Shown here: piece by piece, positions 1 through 13,649 of the stretch
Layout: the number at the start of each line of letters is the position of its first letter
How positions within the stretch are numbered: the first letter of the stretch is position 1
Assembly (NCBI GenBank): GCA_951406725.2
Contig: OX597814.1
Span: 33,108,001-33,172,000 of the forward strand
DNA length: 64,000 bases
Reading direction: 5' to 3'
Source: Octopus vulgaris
Taxonomy: Eukaryota
Position numbers and translations under genes: made by a program
The notes under the pieces: model-generated
Database searches by the model: none
What the model saw: the letters and a program-made list of their open reading frames with translations, nothing else
Told to the model about the DNA's origin: nothing

Positions 1-1259
1 GTGGTTGGTGGTGGTTGGTGGTGGTGGTGGTGGTGTTTGGTTGTGGTGTGGGTGGTTGTAATGGAGCTTGTAACATTGTTTCTGATCTTGTTATTATTGT
101 TGTTATTGCATCTCATACTCTTGCTGTTGTTGTTTTCGCTTTTGTTGTTGTTGTTGGTGTTTGATTATTATGATTCTGTGAATGCGAGTGACTTTTTATT
201 TATTTATTTTATTTTTGTTTATTTTATACTCTTTATGAATTTAATTAATTTTCTTTACTTATTTAATTTAGACCGGTGAAGTGGCAGAAACGGTAAAGTC
301 CACGATTACTGTTAAGGAACAGAAGTCTACTTAGTCTTTAAATATCTCAGTTCAAATACCGTAAAAAACTTATCAGTTTAATCGCACTAACGAGGATATC
401 TAAGCCATCGCTTGATGTGCTTGAAATAACAGCCAAACTTTCAAAAATTGCACTTTTTAACAAATGATACAGTTCACATTGAATAATAAAATCCACTGTC
501 TTCTTGCAGAAAAAATGCCTTCGATTATGTGTATTTTATTGATCCAAGAATAGTCTTGAGTTAATCTGACTCAGTTGAATAAACGTCAGTTGAAGAATTA
601 GTTTACTAGGACCAGGTGAGATAGCAACCTTCAGCTGTTTACAAATGTGTTAGCTATCATTATGTGCCTCCATAAGTCTGGAAATGAATACAGGAAAAGT
701 AGTGTTATTAACGAATTCTGGTTCAGTTCCACTGCTCAGCACTTTGGGCAAGTGACTTTTACAATGGTCTCCAGTTAGGAATGGAACATAATAGATGGAA
801 ACTCAATCGTGAAGAAGCCTTTCGAAGGGAATGCTTCTGTACTTGGGCGCTGTATTTAATTCGTTGATCGGTTTAACGCAGATATTATAAAGAGAGTCAA
901 TTCTGTTGAAACCATTTAAGCTTAATAAATTCTTTATTTTGTTCTACCGGATTCGAGTACCCTTACATTTTTCATAAGGATTGCTCGTCTTCTTCGAAGT
1001 CATATAAAATTTTTGTAATGAAGATCTAACATTGTGCATTCTTGTCGCTTAACATACAGCTTTGATAAAAATGTTTTGTATTACACTGACTCCCAGCTAC
1101 TACCATCAATGTCTCTTTTCTATTTATTCATCAATAATGGAATTCTGAAAAGTATCTATGCTAGATTGTTAGCATTAATGCGGCTGATACTTAACCTGCA
1201 TATTTGCAGGGGAATATCTGTTGGAGTTGGTTTGGCTTTTGGGTGTGAAACAAACCCTC

Positions 1260-1530
1260 ATCGGTAGTGAGTTTAGTCAGACAACATGATGTCGAGGATG
1301 CGTCTCAGGCTGTGAAAATTGGCTTTAAGATGACGCTCTTGTCGGGGCATACTGTCAGAAGCAGTACGTTGAGGACGCATACTCCGTAGACAGCAACTTT
1401 GGTGTTCGTTATTTGTTTTGCATTGTAGCTAGTCTTTCGGCTGTATTTCAAATACCTCGATTGATCTTAGACGCTAGAGAGGGGTTGTTCGTAGTAGTGC
1501 TGAAAACTGTGGACTTTCTCATCATGATGA
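1260..1530 (-). mobile_element. Highly decayed RTE/BovB-like LINE fragment (post-RT region)
   Basis: Minus-strand translation gives scattered RTE-type motifs (NTKVAVY, CVLNVLL, LRRILDI) broken by stops and frameshifts. Confidence 0.45.
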
Positions 1531-1607
1531 TCTAGCTGAAGTTCAGACATTTTGTATAGCCAGCTAGGTAACCTTATAGATACGTAAGTAGATAGATAGA
1601 TAGATAA

Positions 1608-1685
<78 letters not shown>

Positions 1686-1795
1686 GAACTAATAACATAC
1701 TAACAGATGTGGAAAAGTAGAGGTAAAGAGTGCAAGAAAGAAAATGTGTGTATCTTAGTTTGATACAAATGTTGCGTCATAGAGAGGGCGATAAA

Positions 1796-1849
<54 letters not shown>

Positions 1850-2088
1850 CAGCTTAGAGAAGAAGAAGAAGAAACGAAACGAAACCAAACCAATCGAATC
1901 GAATCGACGCGAAGGCGCTCAGTCATACAATAGTGTAATAAATAAAATATATGCATACATACAAACATATATGTACGTACCTACATCTACATGTATATAT
2001 ACATGCATATATAAATATATATACGTGTGTACAGGACACCACAAATAGACGTAGAACTCAACGAGAAACGAAAACGTAAAAACAGCAT

Positions 2089-2128
<40 letters not shown>

Positions 2129-2308
2129 AAAGGGCTTAGTAAAATAAATTACTTTGCCGCATACTGAACTCATTAGAAATAGCAGCTAAAAAACTTTTTA
2201 AAACTATTTCTAATACTTAAAGAAAACCTCTCTCATATAGTGTTTGCTCAACTCAACTCACGAAAGTTTGGCGGTAAAGACATCAAAAAATCAAATGCAA
2301 AGGTTATT

Positions 2309-2360
2309 TGAGAACGTACGTTTCAAGATTAGTCAACACGACACTTCTATCATCAGCTCA
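2309..2360 (-). ncRNA. Minimal type I hammerhead ribozyme (inverted copy)
   Basis: Reverse complement of 2579-2630. Confidence 0.7.
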
Positions 2361-2578
2361 GAAACTCCTTGGTTTGGATTTGAAAACACTGAAAGTGAGA
2401 GCATACCCTTTCGGCTTCTCATCGCTTTCGAAGATCTGCTCGTAACTAACAGTGCCAACAAACTTGCATATTTGAGTTTGTTGGCACTGTTAGTTACGAG
2501 CAGATCTTCGAAAGCGATGAGAAAGCCGAAAGGTATGCTCTCACTTTCAGTGTTTTCAAATCCAAACCAAGGAGTTTC

Positions 2579-2630
2579 TGAGCTGATGATAGAAGTGTCG
2601 TGTTGACTAATCTTGAAACGTACGTTCTCA
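2579..2630 (+). ncRNA. Minimal type I hammerhead ribozyme
   Basis: TGAG-CTGATGA-tAGA...TCTt-GAAAC-GTAC-GTT-CTCA: stem I TGAG/CTCA, canonical core, palindromic stem III ACGTACGT, GUU triplet. Confidence 0.7.
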
Positions 2631-2911
2631 AATAACCTTTGCATTTGATTTTTTGATGTCTTTACCCCAAACTTTCGTGAGTTGAGTTGAGCAAACACTA
2701 TATGAGAGAGGTTTTCTTTAAGTATTAGAAATAGTTTTAAAAAAGTTTTTTAGCTGCTATTTCTAATGAGTTCAGTATGCGGCAAAGTAATTTATTTTAC
2801 TAAGCCCTTTTATATAATGTAATAATTTGAATTCGCCTTAAATGGTCCCTTTGCATACTGAACACTTGGTGAAATTGATTAATAATTAATTAATTTTACC
2901 CTCAATTGTTG

Positions 2912-2952
<41 letters not shown>

Positions 2953-3112
2953 TGTCGAGTTTCACGTAGTTTTCGCCTACCAAATTCACTCACAAAGAAT
3001 TAGTTGTCCGAGGATATAATGGAAGACACTTGCCCCGGCTGTTACGCATTGGGGCTGAGCCTGAAACACGTTGTTGCAAAATGCGCTTCATAACCAACAT
3101 CCAGGCGTGCAC
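2953..3112 (-). mobile_element. Degenerate 5' part of tRNA-derived SINE family A
   Basis: Diverged match to ctaccaaatccactcacaag...gaagacacttgccc...ctgaacc. Confidence 0.6.
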
Positions 3113-3554
3113 CTATATACCTACAAATATTAGCTAATAGTTTTGCTTCAGCGCTTTACACTGTTTCTAAATAAATCTAACCAATATATTTGGATAAATA
3201 TTTTATTCAATGCTGCGTTGACTTATTATATTATATAATTTATATTACACTCTGTAAAATATGTCTTTCAGTAAATCAACAATGTATTGTTTCACTGGTA
3301 TGCTGTGTTACATAATATATCTATAGAATCTAGCCAAGAGTACTCTGCTACAGAATATTTCGAGACATTCTTCCTCTGATGAAAGTCTAACAATATTAGA
3401 AATTGTTCAGATCAACCGTAGAGATATAAGCCATGTCGTTTAAGGACTTTATTATCATAACGAGGCTAAAGTTATACGGGTTTAGCAAATTATGTCAAAT
3501 CCTCTTTGCTATATGGTACAAATATCTTGCATCCTCTGAGAAAAGATAGATTTC

Positions 3555-3616
<62 letters not shown>

Positions 3617-3778
3617 ATATGCGTGTATACACTTACATATAAGCATCTATTGATAGATAGATAAATAGATAGACTGAGTTCTTCGTATACATATACACAC
3701 AGAAAAATGAGTGATACGTTTACATGTATGTACATATGTGTGTATTTTGTGTGTGTGTGAATATATATACATATATAC

Positions 3779-3813
<35 letters not shown>

Positions 3814-3816
<3 letters not shown>

Positions 3817-3972
3817 GACGGGCTTCTTTTAGTTTCTGTCTACCAAATCCACTCACAAGTCTTTGGTCGGCCCGCGGTTATAGTAGAAGACACTTGCCCA
3901 AGGGGGCCAAGCAGTGGGACTGAACCCGGAACCATGTGGTTGGTAAGCAAGCTACTTACCACACAGCCACTC
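3814..3972 (-). mobile_element. SINE family A, 5' half (tRNA-like head plus CORE-like box)
   Basis: Reverse complement reads GAGTGGCTGTGTGGTAAG (A box)...GGTTCAGTCCC (B box)...CCTTGGGCAAGT; ends in (TA)n. Confidence 0.85.
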
Positions 3973-3990
3973 ATATATATACACATATAT

Positions 3991-4085
<95 letters not shown>

Positions 4086-4402
4086 AAAACTTTATATATA
4101 AAGAACGTGAAATACACGAAGTGACGAACACGGAAAACAGAAGTCATTCGAAGCCTTCATTCTTCAGTCAGAAACCGAATATATATATATATCAAAAATT
4201 GTGAAGCATGACTGTCAACACTACTACATGAACCCGAAGATTGCAGAATTCAATGCATGAAAGTACTAGTTCAATCAGAATGAACATTTAACATTCTACT
4301 ATTTCATTTTATTTTATTCAATTATAATATATTATCTTATAATATATCATTATAAGATTGTAAATAAAACGTGAAAATCAGACAAGGTTGGAATTCCTTT
4401 TA

Positions 4403-4450
<48 letters not shown>

Positions 4451-5326
4451 TACATGTACGCATACATACACACACAAAGATACATGTGTGGTAATGCATT
4501 GTCGGTAAAAAGAAGAAACGAACTGACAGACAGACAGACAGACAGGCACACAGACTAGTTAAGGACAGGAGATGACACAGAAACTTAAAATCTAAAAACA
4601 AAAATATTCACTCCACAGCAGATTGGTAAACACAATTGCAAAACACGCTAGAAATATGTTTCTGTAGAAGTAAATCAGGTTCACGACGTCCTCATACACA
4701 TGTAAGAACGTGTTTCCTTCTTGTAACAGCAAATATATAAGAACAAACCTTCACTCCGACATTTCTCAAGTTTATTTTTTAATGGATAATGTCAAATCGC
4801 TGAGTAATAGTTTATTGATTGCCTTTTCACATGTGTTATTCATTCAACAAGAATTCATTTGTCGACCATGTTTTCTGTGCATTTTCTGTTTGGTTTAACG
4901 TTTCTTTATTCTTTTTCTATTTTCCTCCAGATTCATTTGTCAGCGACAGTATTGTAAATGATTGCAGAAGATAATTAATTCTGATGCCAGCTATTTCTAA
5001 TTCGTTTTCTTCAAGTTAACTAACAATTTTTTGTTTGTTTGAGATAGTTTCCTATTTCACACTTGAATTATCGCTTTTATATTTCGATTGGAAAAATTAA
5101 AACAAGGAAAAAGAAAACCATCCGATCGGGGTTTTTTATTGGATTTTTTTTAATCTAATACTGACACAAGGCTTTGTAGCAATTTAGAAATTCTTCGAAG
5201 GAAAATTAGCAGGTGTTATTAGGAATATGGTGCAAACTAATTCCTATACAATTAGTCTCTGATGGTGGGGTAGTGCAAATATATTAATGAGGTTATTGCC
5301 CTTATAGTTGCTGTTGCCGACATCGC

Positions 5327-5396
<70 letters not shown>

Positions 5397-5725
5397 GCTG
5401 CTGTTGTTGTTGTACTTTAGCTCCATCTCAACACTGATCGAGCCGGTTTATCATCAAAACCATGGCGCTTATAACCGTTCAATTTTTTGAGGATTAGCTA
5501 GACCTGTGTATACCCACTTTGCCTTTTATAGTGTCGATGTGTGATTGGAGTCAAATTTGCCTAGTATTTTTATAAGGGAGAGCAGCACGTAGAGGCTCTT
5601 CTTTTATCGCATGTTATGCTGCCTTGATCGATCATCTTTTTGTTTAAAAGTATTCAAATTTGACTTTTTTTTCAGGCAGTGGCCATCTTGTTTGTTTTCA
5701 AGCAGAGTATACTTGGATTGGCATA

Positions 5726-6115
5726 CTCTCTTTTACTCTTTTACTTGTTTCAGTCATTTGACTGCGGCCATGCTGGAGCACCGCCTTTAATCGAGCAACT
5801 CGACCCCGGGACTTATTCTTTTGTAAGCCTAGTACTTATTCTATCGGTCTCTTTTGCTGAACCGCCAAGTAACGGGGACATAAACACACCAGCATCGGTT
5901 GTCAAGCAATGCTAGGGGGACAAGCACAGACACACAAACACACACACGCACATATATATACGTATATACGACGGTCTTCTTTCAGTTTCCGTCTACCAAA
6001 TCCACTCACAAGGCTTTGGTAGGCCCGAGGCTATAGTAGAAGACACTTGCCCAAGGTGCCACGCAGTGGGACTGAACCCGGAACCATGTGGTTGGTAAAC
6101 AAGCTACTTACCACA
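5726..6115 (-). mobile_element. SINE family A, near full length
   Basis: tRNA-like head, CCTTGGGCAAGT box, internal TA/CA tract, 3' GGCGGTGCTCCAGCATGGCCGCAGTC and GTAAAAGA-repeat tail. Nearly identical to 40897-41301. Confidence 0.9.
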
Positions 6116-6713
6116 TAGGGAATAGAGATTAAAATGAGAGAAAGAGTTGTGTCCATGGGTCCTCCAACAGAAATTCATTTTTAATGATCACCTCCAAAAT
6201 TTGCAACTGACTGCCGCAGACAAAAAATAAAACATGTAAATGGAAGAAACTCCAGAGGATAGGCTTTCTGAGGAAGGAAGTGGTGGTTAGTGTAAGCTTT
6301 GGGGGATGGTCACTGTATGATTTACAAAGTATAATTCATCCTTATTGAGGACAGTACGCTGTGTGCAGTGACCGATATTTGGGTAGATAGAGTGGCACAT
6401 TCTTTTGACCCAATTTGAATTGGTCGCCTTCAGCGCTAAGTTCTTTCAATAATGATTTCAAAATTCAGAACTAGGCAACAAATCCATGGTAATGGGTTGG
6501 AAGGTTATCAATTGAACTGAAGGTCTGAATTTACACTTACACATCTTTTAGCATATATAGTAGTGCTACAATACCTCATGATATATAATTACTTAATTTA
6601 CACTCTGAGAGCAAATCCCATCGTGGTTAACCTTGCCTCTCCTCCTTTCGTGGTCGATTAAATAAAGTATCTGACGTGGGGGATTCAGCTGGTCATATAT
6701 ATAAAACAGGCAA

Positions 6714-6944
6714 GGCGGCGAGCTGGCAGAATCGTTAGCACGCCGGGTGAAATGCGTAGCCGCATTTCGTCTGGCGGTACGTTCTGAGTTCAAATTCTGC
6801 CGAGGTCGACTTTGCCTTTCATCCTTTCGGGGTAGATAAATTAAGTACCAGTTGCGCACTGGGGTCGATGTAATCGACTTAATCCGTTTATCTGTCCTTG
6901 TTTGTCCTCTCTGTGTTTAGCCCCTTGTGGGTAGTAAAGAAATA
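6714..6944 (+). mobile_element. tRNA-derived SINE family B, copy 1 of tandem pair
   Basis: GGCGGCGAGCTGGCAGAATCG (A box)...GAGTTCAAATTC (B box)...AAAGAAATA end; multi-copy in window. Confidence 0.9.
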
Positions 6945-6964
6945 CATATATATAAAACAGGCAA

Positions 6965-7195
6965 GGCGGCGAGCTGGCAGAATCGTTAGCACGCCGGGTG
7001 AAATGCGTAGCCGCATTTCGTCTGGCGTTACGTTCTGAGTTCAAATTCCGCCGAGGTCGACTTTGCCTTTCATCCTTTCGGGGTCGATTAAATAAGTACC
7101 AGTTACGCACTGGGGTCGATATAATCGACTTAATCCGTTTATCTGTCCTTGTTTGTCCTCTCTGTGTTTAGCCCCTTGTAGGTAGTAAAGAAATA
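6965..7195 (+). mobile_element. SINE family B, copy 2 of tandem pair
   Basis: Direct repeat of 6714-6944 with a 251 bp period. Confidence 0.9.
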
Positions 7196-8026
7196 CATAT
7201 ATATATAGAACAGGTGCTAATTGAATTAACGTGTAATTAGCCTCATATTCCACAAAGGTGCGACAGCAAGACAAAAACGTGTCTGAATTATGCTCAGAGA
7301 CTTGGTCGAACCGCGTTACTTGTTAAGAAAAAAATGAATAAAGAATAAGCGTTATAAGTCAGGTGCAGAGTTTGAACCCGAAACATAATAATTGTGATAT
7401 AAACTCCTTCATAATTCCCCCACCCTGCGTCAACAACGCTGAAATAGTAATATGAACTTCGGCATGATTTGAACTCAAAATTGCTGTTAGTTAAATATTT
7501 AATGCTTTGCTACACAGCCACATCTTTCACTCTCTCACCTTCTTAGTGCACCTCTGTTCAGTGAAGAAAATTTTTCTGTTTTATAATTAATCTTCAATAG
7601 CAAATGTTTAAACAACAAAATTTATTTCGACCACATGCTCTCCTTGTTGATAATTAATAATTAGCATGTTGTGTTATTGCCTCCTCCTCCTCCTCCCCCT
7701 ACATACATATGCACTTAAACATTATTGTACACTCGTACATAGGCATACGTGTTTGTGTGTACACATAACAGTACGCAAAGACTCACAAACACATTCACAC
7801 TTACACACACATACCCAAGCACTTGCACACATACACGCTCGCAAAATACTATCAACGGAAGCCAGCTGAGCCCAGGCTCGTGTCACTCAAGGTCATCACG
7901 CCCTGAAGAAGTGAGTAAGATCTTTACCTAGCACTACCTGAATATTAAACTGCACATGTATTAACTATTTATGTATGCGTCAATTTGTGTGTGTGCGCGT
8001 ATGCGTATATATATATATATATATGG

Positions 8027-8096
<70 letters not shown>

Positions 8097-8434
8097 TGTG
8101 TTTTTGTGTGTGCGTATGCGTGCGTGTGCTTGTGTGTGTATATGTAAATATATATTTTAAAAAATCTTGATGAGCTCACAATATTTAAAGAAATGTTTTC
8201 TTAAATTAAAAACATTAATTATTTTTTCAAAATCTTTTACAGGAAACTGAACCAGACAAACCTATACAAGGATGTCATCGTGCTGTGTAAAGCGCTTTTC
8301 GCCCTTTTCAACTTTTCAAACAAACGTATTTTATGCATACACATATACAGCAATACATGCACACACACGCGCGCGCGCGCACACACACGCACACACATAT
8401 ATATACACCAACACATGTGTTCGTGTATATGTAT

Positions 8435-9910
8435 GACAACCATGACTTTGAGACTCAGTCTCAACTCATGGCTCGCCAATTCATCCTACGTGGATATCCC
8501 CTCCCACTATCCACACCGCTCTTGCCAGAGCACGTTCCTTGGACAGTGCGTCTGCTCTCTCCCCCCCGAACCCGCCCAGCCGTCTCCCGCCTCCCATTTC
8601 CCCCTCACTACCACCCCACCACCCTACCTCTCCAACGCACCATTCTCCGAGCCTTCCGGCGACTCCAGTCTCACTTCTCCACTTCGTACATCTTCCCTAA
8701 CCGACCCCTCCCCTCCTTCAAACGAGCTCAGAACCTACGAGACCTCTTGGTCCACAGCTTCTTCCCTACCCGGCTCGTTCCCCTGCTCCCGCCCACTCTG
8801 CCGCACTTGCCTTTACCTCTCTAACACCACCCCCCCTCAACGGAACCCATCATGGACCCTATCACATCACCGATTCCTTCGCCTGCACTTCTACCAATGT
8901 CATCTACTGCATCTCCTGCTCTCTCTCTGCCCTTCTCTATACATCGGGCAAACGAGACATCGTTTGGCTGACAGGTTCACGGAACACCTTCAAGAGATCC
9001 GACTCGGCAATTACACTCCGGTTTCGCGCAACACCTGTCCGTGTTCGGATTGTCCTGGCACAGGGTTCATCCGGACTCACGTTTGCGCCATGAACAGGGA
9101 TTAATCTTCTCACTTTGCTCCTTTGCTCATGAGCTGACCTCTCCTCCCCTCTTCATCTAACCTCCTCCCATCGTCACTCTCACTTCCACACCTACTTACT
9201 CCCACCCACCCACCTCTCCTCTCTTGCTCCGACTCCTACTTCTTTTAAATCATACTATCCTTCTCTTCTCTTCACTCTTACCCACCTTTTCCTTCCCCTT
9301 CATCGTGACCTTTCCCTCGTATATAGTCCGACCCCACTTCCCTATCCTTCGCATCCCACCTCACCCCATCCCTTATACCCACTCCCACATACCCCACCTC
9401 TACCCCACCCTCTGCCTACCCATATACCCCACCTCTACCCCCATCCACAGCCTAACCCACACACCACCCCTGCTTTCCTCACTCTTGCCTCCCCACCTCC
9501 CAATACCATCACACCACACCACACGCCACTACACCATACACCACCACACCACACAACACATCACACACAAGCACTGACCACTTCCCAGCCCCACATCCTC
9601 ACACCTACACATACACACGCACACGTCAAGGTCACCAGCCCTCTTCCACATACACATACTCACGCCCACCTTCATTTTGGAGTCACCACTACTTTATTAT
9701 CTCCCCTTCTTCCTAGCACTCCAGTGGGACCTTTCTGTCCGGCATTCGCCATGACAGATCGCTAGCCACTACACATTCTTTATTTTCTTTCCTTGTTTCT
9801 GTATTCCTTTCTGTGGAACAGCGTAGGCTCGAAACATTAAAGACTTTTCACTTCCCGAGCGTTAAACTAATACATCCGTTTGTTGTCTACACCACGTGTC
9901 TTCGTCTTTT
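8435..9910 (+). mobile_element. 5'-truncated, frameshifted Penelope-like element (RT thumb/linker, GIY-YIG, C-rich 3' UTR, pLTR); Neptune-like
   Basis: Across frames: FILRGYP, SFKRAQNLRDLLVHS, PCSRPLCRTC, NVIYCISCSLCPSLYIGQT...RLADRFTEHL. The 3' end (9750-9910) recurs inverted at 56336-56523 and carries an HHR-like motif at 9807-9842. Confidence 0.85.
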
Positions 9911-10034
9911 GACGCACACGCAGAAATATCCCACCACCACCGTCACACATAAACACCCACACACACATACACGCAGACGCTTAGAAACGCACGCATGTAA
10001 AAATAGCGAACACGTATGCACACACCGACCCACA

Positions 10035-10120
<86 letters not shown>

Positions 10121-10221
10121 TATACACACACAAAACATATATACATATATATATATATATACAATTGTTCGTTTGTTTTCCACCTGCCTTCGTCTTTTGT
10201 TTATTTTCATAAAGCTTCCCG

Positions 10222-10278
<57 letters not shown>

Positions 10279-11476
10279 ATACATATACATATATATACAC
10301 ACACAAACATATATATATATATATATCCACATTCATAAGTACGCACGTATACACACATACACACACACACACACACACACAAATGCATGCACAGATACAC
10401 AAAAAGAAAAGATCCAAAACACGCACCTTCCCAAAAGATTACCAAGCGATTTAAAATCGAAATATCTTTTATCAGCTTTCATTTATTTTCGTCTTTTCCT
10501 TCTTACTGCGTTTCCTTCCTCTCCTTCTCTTTTAGAGGCGGATGGAGAGTGAAACAGAAGCGGTGAAAGAGCAAAGTGGTGGTTCGGTGTTTTAATAACA
10601 TTTATTAACAATTAAAATAACGAATATTCTACTCTGCTCGTTTTCTCAGAAAATCAACTTAACATCCCCAGATAATCCTTCGTCTTTATTATTAAAATAT
10701 TATTGATACAATTTGTTTCATTTTTGCTTTGTTTTCTCTTGTTTTCAACCTAATGTTTTTTTTTAATTCTGTACTTTTATTTTTCATTTTTATTTATTTA
10801 TTTGTCTATTTTGAAATTATCTTGTTTCTTCGTTTTTTTTTTTTTTATATTCTTTTGTAGGCTTAAATGAGAAATTACATTTCTTAATGAATAAGAGAGA
10901 AGGAACAAAAACATGAACGCTCAATGATGATTGTGACAATGATGGTGGTGGTGGTGGTGGTGGTAGTGGTGGTGGTGGTGGTGGTGGTGGTGGTGGTGGT
11001 GGTGGTGGTAGTGGTTGTGGTTGTGGTGGTGGTGGAAGAGGAGACGGAAGATCTGGTTGCCATGATGGAGGGGAAGATGATTGTGGTCAATGCGGTGGCA
11101 CTATAGTGTGTGGTGAGGGAGCGTTAGCGAGAAAGAGAGCAAGGAGGAGAGGAAGGGAGAGGGAGAGAGAGAGGCGAGAGAGATGGAGAGAGGCAGAGAG
11201 GATGGGTAGTAACAAAGGTGATAGATGATGATATGATAATAATAACTATCAGGTGTTTTTATTAATATTTTTTGCTAACAATTATAATTGCAATTTAAAT
11301 CATCATCATCATCATCATCATCAATATATCAACTATTATTATTATTGCGCTTATTATAATCACAGTTATTATTACCATTATTACTATTATTATTATTATT
11401 ATTATTATTATCATCATCATCATCATCATCATCATTTCCATCATCATTCTTATCAGTGTTTCTATTGTTATTACCG

Positions 11477-11508
<32 letters not shown>

Positions 11509-11544
11509 AGAATCGTTACTGCATTTATTCCTGCAGCATTTATT

Positions 11545-11640
11545 CCTGGTGTTCAAATTGTGAGTTCATATTCCGCCGAGGTCTAAATTGCATTTCATCC
11601 TTTCGGGGCCGATAAAACAAGCGCCAGTTGAACACTGGGG
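11545..11640 (+). mobile_element. Degenerate SINE family B fragment
   Basis: gagttcatattccgccgaggtc...tttcatcctttcgggg...ccagttgaacactgggg. Confidence 0.65.
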
Positions 11641-11922
11641 TGTGGGGTGGGGTGGGGGCGAAATAATGGAGAATTCCCTTACGAAATTGCCGCCTTATTA
11701 TTGTTGTTGTTGTTGTTGTTATCGTTGCTATTAGAGCCGTTACAGCGTAGGAATATGCCTTGCGGTATTTATTCCGGCTGCCTACTTCCTGAGTTCAAAT
11801 CCTGCCGGATTCGATAAAATATAGGACTAAGTCAAGTGACGGAAGTTGATGATATCGACTGAACCTCTTCTTCCCCTCGAAAAAGCTAGCCTTGTATTTA
11901 AATTAAAAGCAATTGCTATTAC

Positions 11923-11923
<1 letters not shown>

Positions 11924-11979
<56 letters not shown>

Positions 11980-11987
11980 GATTATTA

Positions 11988-12018
<31 letters not shown>

Positions 12019-12026
12019 CATCATCA

Positions 12027-12110
<84 letters not shown>

Positions 12111-12340
12111 GAGACACCAAAATCGTCATCATCAGTATCACCATCATCATCATGATAATGGTGATACCGATGATCACTACCATAATACTCACCGCCATCG
12201 TCAACATCGCTAACATCATCATCAACATCATCATCATCATCAGCATCAGTAGCAGCAGGAATCACCATCATCCTCATCGTCGTTGTCGTCGTCGTCGTCG
12301 TCATCCTCCTCCTTTTCATCATCATCATCATCATTATTAT
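11924..12340. repeat. (ATT)n/(ATC)n trinucleotide microsatellite complex
   Basis: Directly visible. Confidence 0.95.
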
Positions 12341-12762
12341 TGTTGTGTCGTCGCAGATTTTTAAGACTAATGCTTTTAATTTGCGCGTGTTAAGTGAAAA
12401 GGCTAAAATAAAAGACGAGAAACGTAGTCAGATAAAATAATGTAAAAAACAAAAAACGTGAACAAAAAAACACAAAATAAAATTAGAAATAAAAATCATA
12501 GAAAAACAAAACATTAAAACCATCCTCGTCGATGTCCAAATATTATATTCAGTGAAATGTCTTTTTTTTTGTTTTTCTTTCAAGAATTATTGCGCAGATG
12601 CGAATGATACCATCAGATTCCGCCAGGAGGCTAATTGCTTGAAATGACAAAAATAAAATAAATTCGACGAAAATTGTTCATTGCAATCTAAATATGGAAA
12701 ACAATAAATAAATAATATAATTTTAATTATTGATTAATTACCACTGAGCAATGGATATATAC

Positions 12763-12873
<111 letters not shown>

Positions 12874-13649
12874 GTGAGTGTCTATGTGAGAGAGAGAAAA
12901 TTGTGCGCGCGCGCACATTTCATGCGTTTATGCATTTGGGTGCGTGTAGATATGTGCATGTGTGTGTGTGTGTGTTTGTGTATTTGTGTGTGGGTAGGTG
13001 TGAGTGCATGCATGTATACGTATATGTAAATATATGATCCATCAGAATATCCGTCAATCTAGAGACACATGTATGTGTGCACACACACACAATACAAATG
13101 CATGCGTGTGTGCGTGTTTGTTCGTGTGTGTGTGTGTGTGTGTGTTTGTGTGCATATCTATATTCGTTTGTGTGTCTGTATGTGTATGTATATATATATG
13201 TGTATATATATATATATACACGCACACATACAGACACACAAACGAATATATACATGTGTGTGTGCATGCGTGTGTATGTGTGTGTGTGTGTGTATGTGTG
13301 ATATTCTTAATAATATAACAATGCGAGACACTCACTTCATCGTCTGCCGACTGCGGTTCATTAAGATTTCAACATTTTCCGATAGCATCGGTCCTTCTGG
13401 CGACGCCAAGCTTAAACGATGCCACCAGGGAATGCTCCGGATTGTTTTGACGCATTCGGTATTATGATTTTCCCTACATCCTCTATGGAACCATCAGACC
13501 AAAGAGGGAGAAGATGCAACCACTCCAACATTGGGTATATTCTATTAGCATTCGTTGAGGATTTCATCCTTTGCTCACAACACTAATCTTTTCTCCACAT
13601 GCTTTTGCCTTATCAATGACGAAGAATTTTCCGTTGCTACTCTCTCGAG

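Larger units (their letters stand above)
2121..2916. mobile_element. PLE-derived fold-back element: ~344 bp near-perfect inverted arms plus ~100 bp tail, inserted in (TA)n
   Basis: 2121-2464 is the reverse complement of 2475-2818 with a few mismatches and a 10 nt loop. Each arm holds an HHR motif. (TA)n lies on both sides (before 2121 and after 2916). Confidence 0.75.

Noticed and set aside
2244-2698. Paired 120/121 aa ORFs as a gene
   Set aside because: Mirror products of the palindrome, with no recognisable domain.
3378-3424. HHR-like CTGATGA...AACCGTA (similar weak cases near 27618, 37620 and 41720)
   Set aside because: GAAA or stem I is too degenerate to call.
6593-7274. Repeated MRNWYL... 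ORFs (also 19220-19468)
   Set aside because: Antisense translations of SINE family B.
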